64,000 nucleotides of DNA from an uncultured Bacteroidales bacterium. Its GTDB lineage: Bacteria; Bacteroidota; Bacteroidia; Bacteroidales; UBA11471. The stretch lies in the NCBI GenBank assembly GCA_947593515.1, contig CANQDQ010000004.1, positions 71,254-135,253 of the forward strand. The letters run 5' to 3'. Position 1 is the first letter of the stretch, and every line of letters begins with the position of its first letter. Shown in pieces: positions 58,598 through 64,000 of the stretch. The position numbers were made by a program, and so were the translations under genes. The notes beneath the pieces were generated by a model. The model was not told the DNA's origin, made no database searches, and saw only the letters and a program-made list of their open reading frames with translations.

Positions 58598-59263
58598 TTA
58601 TTCGGCTGCGGCAGCGGTCGTGTCGGCAGCGGCGGCACCGCGAGCGGCGCGGGTTACTTTCACGGCGCATACGATAGCGGTCTTGGCGTTCATGAGTTCG
58701 AGACCCTCGAAGTGCAGGTCGCTCACTTTCATCGTCTTGCCCAAACCGAGGTTATCGACGTTGATGACCATCTTTTCGGGTATCTTGGTGTAGATGGCTT
58801 TTACTTTGAGTTTCCGCATTTCCTGACTCAGCTTACCGCCGGCTTTCACACCTTCGGCATGACCTTCGAGCACGACGGGTACTTCCATGACCACCGGTTT
58901 CTTCTCGTTTACTTCAAGAAAATCCATGTGGAGTATTTTCTCCTCTACGGGGTGGAATTGTATGTCTTTTACGACAGCCATCGTTTTTTTCTTGCCGACG
59001 GTGAGTTCTACGGCAAAGATTTCGGGTGTGTAGACGAGTTTGCGCACGACGTTTACCGTTACCGAGAAATCCGTTACGATAAGTCCTTGATTGTTGGCTA
59101 TCTCCACGACTTTTTCGCCTTCGTTCAATTTACCGGTGTAGGGGAGCGTGAACACTTCGCCGCCGTTGAGTACAGCCGGTATCAACTCTTGTTTGCGCAG
59201 GGCTTTTACAGCCTTTTTACCCAGTTCGGTTCTGGGAGCACCTTCCAATTTGAATGTTTTCAT
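58598..59263 (-). CDS. rplY: 50S ribosomal protein L25 / general stress protein Ctc
   Basis: MKTFKLEGAPRTELGKKAVKALRKQELIPAVLNG is a typical L25 N-terminus. An alternative in-frame ATG lies at 59287. Confidence 0.88.
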   Translation of the reverse strand: MKTFKLEGAPRTELGKKAVKALRKQELIPAVLNGGEVFTLPYTGKLNEGEKVVEIANNQGLIVTDFSVTVNVVRKLVYTPEIFAVELTVGKKKTMAVVKDIQFHPVEEKILHMDFLEVNEKKPVVMEVPVVLEGHAEGVKAGGKLSQEMRKLKVKAIYTKIPEKMVINVDNLGLGKTMKVSDLHFEGLELMNAKTAIVCAVKVTRAARGAAAADTTAAAAE

Positions 59264-59348
59264 TTTCTCTTGTTTTGTGTTACTCAAAATTAAGTTTATC
59301 AGTTTCTTAATTTCCCATCACACGGAATGAATACTGATTTGGTTTTAG

Positions 59349-59422
59349 TGATCGGGGTGGGATTCGAACCCACGACCCACAGCTTAGAAGGCTGTTGCTC
59401 TATCCAGCTGAGCTACCCGACC
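59349..59422 (-). tRNA. tRNA-Arg (anticodon TCT)
   Basis: The reverse complement is GGTCGGGTAGCTCAGCTGGATAGAGCAACAGCCTTCTAAGCTGTGGGTCGTGGGTTCGAATCCCACCCCGATCA. The anticodon loop CTTCTAA gives TCT. CCA is not encoded. Confidence 0.9.
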
Positions 59423-59466
59423 CCGATTCCTCCGACGCCTTGCGGCTGCTCGGCGAAAAATCGCTG

Positions 59467-59474
59467 CAAAGGTA
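59467..59474 (-). promoter_or_regulatory. -7 box TAccTTTG for tRNA-Arg
   Basis: Plus-strand caaaggta, 45 nt upstream of the tRNA 5' end. Confidence 0.5.
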
Positions 59475-59545
59475 ACACTTTTATTTTGTTCCGCCAAAAA
59501 AGAATCCGGTTTTATTCCGGCAATCTTGCCGATGCCGCCGTGAAA

Positions 59546-59588
59546 CAAAAAAGACGCGGGGCGTTTCGATGTGAGAAACGCCCCGCGT
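59546..59588 (-). terminator. Rho-independent terminator of the 59646-61244 gene
   Basis: 14-bp arms acgcggggcgtttc / gaaacgccccgcgt, a 7-nt loop, and a plus-strand A-run that gives the minus-strand T-run. A second GC hairpin lies at about 59601-59635. Confidence 0.8.
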
Positions 59589-59645
59589 ATGGTTTCGCCT
59601 GTTGCGGGGACGCGGACGCAAGCCTCGTCCCGCAACTGTGCAGGT

Positions 59646-61244
59646 TTATTTTACGATAAGCACTTTGCCGTTTACGATGTACGCACCGCTTTCCAGCGTA
59701 CGGAGTGCGTCGGCATTGTCGGCTTTCAGTACGAGTATGCCTTGCAGATTATATACGGTTACACCCTCGTCGGCAGCCGTCGTTTCGGTAATGGCGGAGG
59801 GAGTGCCTGTGGTATATTCTTTGGTAAGGTCTTTCGAGTGGTCCATACCGTCGATGCACGACAGACCGGCAAGCGAAACGGTGATGGTCGTACCCTCTTT
59901 GGCTGTTTTTACGCCGGCGGGTATCTGAGCCGTCAGTGAGGCAGCCGTCTCATCGACCGGGTCGGCAGTTTGAGTTGCCTGTACGGTGTCGGTCTTAGCC
60001 GAGCCGTCGGCAGCCGTGTAGGCAAACGATATGCCCGTATATTCGATGTCGGCAATGGGTTTTACCCAGATTTCGACGTTATCGCCTGTGAGCGATTCGG
60101 GGAACTCGGCGGTGATTTCGGTATTCAGTTCCTCGAACGGAACGGTGAATGTATAGGTGCCCGGCGATCCGCTGTACTCCGTATAGGTAACATTGCCGGC
60201 GGGGTCATATACGGGACCCACGCGCAGGTCCATCGTTCCCGGTTTCATTTGCGACGGCGTCATAAGGGTGGAGTGGCGCAGTTTGCCCGAGAGGTCGAAG
60301 GTTATGGTATTGCCTTCGGCATAGCCTTTGATATTCTCGATATACGTAACCTCTTCGGCATTCGTTGCGCCGCGATTGAATTCTACGGTGCCGTCTACGC
60401 TGTCGTTTTTCAATTCACCGGAGAATACGATTTTGACGATGCTCTTAGGATCCCCCGGTTTATAGTAGGAGAGCAGCGGATTGGGCAGGACGCATTCTTC
60501 TCTCAGGCATCTTACCGGATTGTTGCATTTGTAATCGACGGAAAGCACGCCGTCATCTCCGTACAGACTTGTCGGGTCGGCGGTTTTGTGCAGTCCGGTT
60601 ATTTTTACGGTGAATGTGCTGTCGCTATCGAATACGCCTTTCTCGATCCACGATATCAAGACGGCATCGGTCGTCGCTTGATCCAACATGACTTCGGCAG
60701 CTATATTCGGATTGATATTGGTCGGTATGGATGCTTTGTTCTCGCCTTTTACCAACTCTACGGCATCGTATTCTGCCGGTTCATTAAAACGGAAAGAGAT
60801 GGGTGTCTGGGAGGATATTCCGTACACGCTTTCGGGTTCCCAGCCATACTCCACGACTTCGAGCTTTTGTTTTCCCGTAGCCAACGTTACCGTGAGCTTA
60901 GGATTCTGACCATTGAATTTTAGGGTGTAAAGTTGATTGGCTATTACACTCTGCGAGTTGGGAAGGTCAGAGAAGATGTCGAAAAACTGTCCATCGTTTA
61001 CCCAACACTTGATTTGCCCGCCCGTAGTAGAGAAAGTTACTGTGCCGTCGGCAGTCGGGGTGAATTGCAAGTAATAATAGTTGAATCCCCAAGTATCATC
61101 GGCTTCCACCGTAGCTGTCGTACCGGTCATCACCCACGGATCGTCTTGTGTACCGGCTCCGGTAAGGCCGGTATTTTCTGCATGTGCAGAAAACATTGCT
61201 CCGAAACAGAGTAATGTTAAGAAAATTCTCTTGTAATTTTTCAT
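59646..61244 (-). CDS. Secreted multi-domain (Ig-like) protein of unknown function with a short T9SS-like tail
   Basis: Signal peptide MKNYKRIFLTLLCFGAMFSAHA. The tail VTVYNLQGILVLKADNADALRTLESGAYIVNGKVLIVK is nearly the same as the tail of the giant LRR protein. Confidence 0.7.
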   Translation of the reverse strand: MKNYKRIFLTLLCFGAMFSAHAENTGLTGAGTQDDPWVMTGTTATVEADDTWGFNYYYLQFTPTADGTVTFSTTGGQIKCWVNDGQFFDIFSDLPNSQSVIANQLYTLKFNGQNPKLTVTLATGKQKLEVVEYGWEPESVYGISSQTPISFRFNEPAEYDAVELVKGENKASIPTNINPNIAAEVMLDQATTDAVLISWIEKGVFDSDSTFTVKITGLHKTADPTSLYGDDGVLSVDYKCNNPVRCLREECVLPNPLLSYYKPGDPKSIVKIVFSGELKNDSVDGTVEFNRGATNAEEVTYIENIKGYAEGNTITFDLSGKLRHSTLMTPSQMKPGTMDLRVGPVYDPAGNVTYTEYSGSPGTYTFTVPFEELNTEITAEFPESLTGDNVEIWVKPIADIEYTGISFAYTAADGSAKTDTVQATQTADPVDETAASLTAQIPAGVKTAKEGTTITVSLAGLSCIDGMDHSKDLTKEYTTGTPSAITETTAADEGVTVYNLQGILVLKADNADALRTLESGAYIVNGKVLIVK

Positions 61245-61376
61245 TTTTCAATGTTTTTGTTGTGTAATTTTTAGACTTTCATAAACTGTTTTTGTGTTTC
61301 CCCTATCTTATCTTTTGCAAAGAAACGAATTTTATTTCAGATAAAGTAAATTATTTTACATTTTAATATTTATTAA

Positions 61377-62051
61377 CTATATTCGGTATTTGCCGGCAAG
61401 TTTCCGATACAGAGTGAAGACCTCTTCGGCGGTATCGGCGATATAGCACGCCCCGTTTTCCGCCAACTCCTCACGGGTGCGGAATCCCCATGTTACCCCT
61501 ATCGACACCACGCCGGCGGCGGCGGCCGTGCGCATATCCACGCCGGAGTCGCCGATGTATATTGTTTCATTTTGCGTAGCCGATGCTGCCGCCAATATTT
61601 CCCGCACGACGGTGGGGTCGGGTTTTATGGGCACGCCCTCGCGCTGTCCGAATACGGCAGCGAATTTCAATTCGGGGAAAAAATGCGCCGTCAGGTTTTC
61701 CGTCGCCTCCTGATACTTGTTCGATGCCACAGCCGCTGCCACGCCCTCGTCGTGCAGCGCCGCCAGCAGTTCGGGCACGCCCGCGTAGGGGCGGGTGTGC
61801 GACGTGTTGTGCAGCGTGTAGTAAGGTATAAAGTACGCGCGTATGCGCGCGATGTTTTCCTCCGTGCGCGCTTCGGCGGGCAATGCCCGCTCGAAAAGTT
61901 TGGCGATGCCGTTGCCCACGAACATATTGTAGGCGTCGAGCGGGTGCGTGGGGTAGCCGCATTGCCGCAGTGCGTAGTTGGTGGCGTCGGCAAGGTCGCC
62001 GATGGTGTTGAGCAGCGTCCCGTCCAAGTCGAATATGGCAAGCCGTATCAT
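61377..62051 (-). CDS. HAD-superfamily hydrolase (phosphoglycolate-phosphatase-like)
   Basis: MIRLAIFDLDGTLLNT (motif I), VASNK (motif II) and YIGDSGVDM (motif IV). Confidence 0.85.
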   Translation of the reverse strand: MIRLAIFDLDGTLLNTIGDLADATNYALRQCGYPTHPLDAYNMFVGNGIAKLFERALPAEARTEENIARIRAYFIPYYTLHNTSHTRPYAGVPELLAALHDEGVAAAVASNKYQEATENLTAHFFPELKFAAVFGQREGVPIKPDPTVVREILAAASATQNETIYIGDSGVDMRTAAAAGVVSIGVTWGFRTREELAENGACYIADTAEEVFTLYRKLAGKYRI

Positions 62052-62132
62052 GGGTATCTCTTTTTTGTCGTGCGAAATTACGTTTTTTTCGCCTTGCTGA
62101 CAAATATTCGTGTGCCGTATTCCGAAAATCGC

Positions 62133-62140
62133 TATATTTG
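62133..62140 (+). promoter_or_regulatory. -7 box TAtaTTTG
   Basis: Exact match 46 nt upstream of the ATG at 62186. Confidence 0.45.
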
Positions 62141-62185
62141 TAAAACGGAATCGGACGAAATCCGTTATGATTAAAAGATGAAAAA

Positions 62186-62998
62186 ATGAGAGAATTGTTC
62201 AGCGTAACCGGAAAGTCGGTCGTCATGACCGGTGCCACCGGCGTGTTGGGGCACGGCATATCCCTGCATTTGGGCAAAGAGGGTGCGCGTATGGCGATAC
62301 TTGGGCGCGACCGCGAAAGAGGCGAGCGCCTCGCGCGCGAAATCGCGGAAGCGGGCGGCGAAGCCCTGTTCCTCCCTTGCGACGTACTCGACCGCGCCTC
62401 GCTCGAAGCCTGCCGCGATACGATATTGGAGCGTTACGGGCGCATCGACGTGTTGATAAACGCCGCCGGCGGCAATATGCCGGGAGCGACGATACCGCCC
62501 GACAAAACGTTTTTCGACTTGAATATCGACGATTTCAGCCGCGTGGTCGAACTCAACCTGCACGGCACCGTCATACCCACGCAGGTATTCGCCGAAGATA
62601 TGGCGCGGCGGGGCGAGGGCGCTATCGTGAATTTCGGCTCGGAAGCCGGTTTGCGCCCGCTCACGCGCATTGCGGGATATACGGCGGCAAAGGCGGCGAT
62701 ACACCAGTTTACCCGCTACATGGCGACCGAAATGGCGCAGAAATTCGGCGAGGGCATACGGGTGAATGCCATCGCTCCGGGATTTTTCCTCACCGAACAG
62801 AACCGCACGCTGCTCACCAACCCCGACGGCAGCCCGACGGCGCGCGCTCGGGCGATTATCGCCCATACGCCTTTCGGACGCTTCGGTCGTCCCGAAGAGC
62901 TCTACGGCACGGTGCAGTACCTCATCAGCGACGCCTCCCGATTCGTTACCGGCACGGTGGCGGTGGTCGATGGCGGCTGCGATGCTTTTTGTATATGA
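62186..62998 (+). CDS. uxuB: SDR-family oxidoreductase, probably D-mannonate oxidoreductase (UxuB-type)
   Basis: TGATGVLG (cofactor motif), NAAG and YTAAKAA (YxxxK). The function is inferred from proximity to uxuA and the hexuronate context. Confidence 0.65.
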   Translation: MRELFSVTGKSVVMTGATGVLGHGISLHLGKEGARMAILGRDRERGERLAREIAEAGGEALFLPCDVLDRASLEACRDTILERYGRIDVLINAAGGNMPGATIPPDKTFFDLNIDDFSRVVELNLHGTVIPTQVFAEDMARRGEGAIVNFGSEAGLRPLTRIAGYTAAKAAIHQFTRYMATEMAQKFGEGIRVNAIAPGFFLTEQNRTLLTNPDGSPTARARAIIAHTPFGRFGRPEELYGTVQYLISDASRFVTGTVAVVDGGCDAFCI

Positions 62999-63015
62999 TT
63001 TAACTCTTTTTGAAC

Positions 63016-63603
63016 ATGATAAAACAGGAGAAAACCGAACGGAAAAAAATGCTTGCCGGCGAAGTGTACGACGCTACTGCCGACGCCCTCGTGCAGGAGT
63101 TGAACGCCATGAAAGACCTCGTGTGGGAATACAACCGCCTGCGTCCTTCGCAGATGGCTGAACGCACGGCGCTGTTGAAAAAGATGTTGGGCAGATGCGA
63201 CGATGATACCTTCATCGTGCAGCCTTTCTATTGCGATTACGGTAAGCAGATACGGCTCGGAAAACGTTTCTTCGCCAACTTCGGCTGGACGGTTTTGGAC
63301 GAGGCTTTTGTAACCATCGGCGACGATTGCTTCATCGGTCCGAATGTCAGCATCTACACCGCCTGCCACCCCATCGACCCCGTCGAGCGCAATACGCGGC
63401 AGGAGTATGCGAAGCCGGTAACCATCGGCGACAATGTGTGGATAGGCGGCTCCGCCACCATACTGCCGGGCGTTTCCATAGGCGACAATGTAACCATCGG
63501 CGCCGGTTCCGTCGTTACGAAAGATGTCGAGAGCAACACGGTGGTCGCCGGCAATCCTGCCAAAATAATCAGACGCATACAGCCGTCGAACGAAAAGAAA
63601 TAG
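63016..63603 (+). CDS. maa: Maltose/galactoside O-acetyltransferase-like hexapeptide-repeat transferase
   Basis: MLAGEVYDA ... [19 protein letters not shown] ... [31 protein letters not shown]. The tracked start at 63010 is a TTG, and the first ATG is at 63016. Confidence 0.85.
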   Translation: MIKQEKTERKKMLAGEVYDATADALVQELNAMKDLVWEYNRLRPSQMAERTALLKKMLGRCDDDTFIVQPFYCDYGKQIRLGKRFFANFGWTVLDEAFVTIGDDCFIGPNVSIYTACHPIDPVERNTRQEYAKPVTIGDNVWIGGSATILPGVSIGDNVTIGAGSVVTKDVESNTVVAGNPAKIIRRIQPSNEKK

Positions 63604-63605
63604 CG

Positions 63606-64000
63606 ATGATACTTTGCGAACAGACGTGGCGGTGGTACGGCGACAACGACCCCGTAACCCTGCAAGACATACGGCAGACCGGTGCCACCGGCATCGTTAC
63701 CGCCTTGCACCATATCCCGAACGGCGAGGTGTGGAGCATCGAAGAAATAGAGAAACGGAAAGCCGCGATAGAAGCTGCCGGCTTGCGTTGGTCGGTGGTC
63801 GAGAGTGTGCCGGTGCACGAACATATCAAGACGCAGACCGGCGACTTCGGACGCTACATCGAAAACTACAAACAGACCCTGCGCAACCTTGCCCGCTGCG
63901 GCATATACACCGTTACCTACAACTTCATGCCGGTACTCGACTGGACGCGCACCGACCTCGACTACACGATGCCCGACGGCTCGAAGGCGCTGCGTTTCGA
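63606..64000 (+). CDS. uxuA: Mannonate dehydratase, N-terminal part (runs off the right window edge)
   Basis: The ATG at 63606 lies 2 nt after the maa stop. The translation [52 protein letters not shown]...[14 protein letters not shown] closely matches the UxuA N-terminus. It is absent from the ORF track because no stop lies in the window. Confidence 0.9.
   Translation, partial: MILCEQTWRWYGDNDPVTLQDIRQTGATGIVTALHHIPNGEVWSIEEIEKRKAAIEAAGLRWSVVESVPVHEHIKTQTGDFGRYIENYKQTLRNLARCGIYTVTYNFMPVLDWTRTDLDYTMPDGSKALRF

Overview
This is a GC-rich chromosomal segment from a Bacteroidota genome, probably Bacteroidales; I cannot place the genus. The phylum call rests on five things read from the sequence. 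TAnnTTTG -7 boxes sit about 20-45 nt upstream of many start codons. Several secreted proteins end in T9SS-type C-terminal tails. YidC is the long form. The glycogen synthase is eukaryote-like (GT3). The threonine genes are arranged thrA / apgM-like / thrC.

I support about 45 protein-coding genes, 3 tRNAs (Lys-TTT, Asp-GTC, Arg-TCT), and a set of promoter boxes and rho-independent hairpins. Housekeeping genes are proS, pfp, dacB, queD/queE, thrA/thrC, nfo, glycogen synthase and phosphorylase, yidC, pyrG, hslR-like, pth and rplY.

Accessory content is interleaved with them:
- Scattered pectin and rhamnogalacturonan enzymes: CE8-like, CE12, GH28, PL11, PL1, a uxuB-like SDR and uxuA. No SusC/SusD pair lies in the window.
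- A 2217-aa BspA-type LRR protein containing perfect internal DNA duplications, plus a paralog truncated by the left edge.
- Several T9SS-tail cargo proteins of unknown function.
- A tight pgpA / gtrA-like / CDP-alcohol-phosphatidyltransferase / PAP2 operon that looks like the Bacteroides inositol-lipid cluster without the inositol-phosphate synthase.
- An uncharacterised GGGtGRT / NifU-like gene pair.
- A conspicuously AT-rich island of about 2.2 kb (about 51.6-53.9 kb). It carries a beta-class DPPY DNA methyltransferase and a putative endonuclease split into two ORFs at an A7 tract.

I saw no CRISPR array, rRNA, transposase or integrase. Many long ORFs in the six-frame track are antisense artefacts of high GC content. 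Several real genes start well inside their tracked ORFs, and I re-derived those starts from the sequence.
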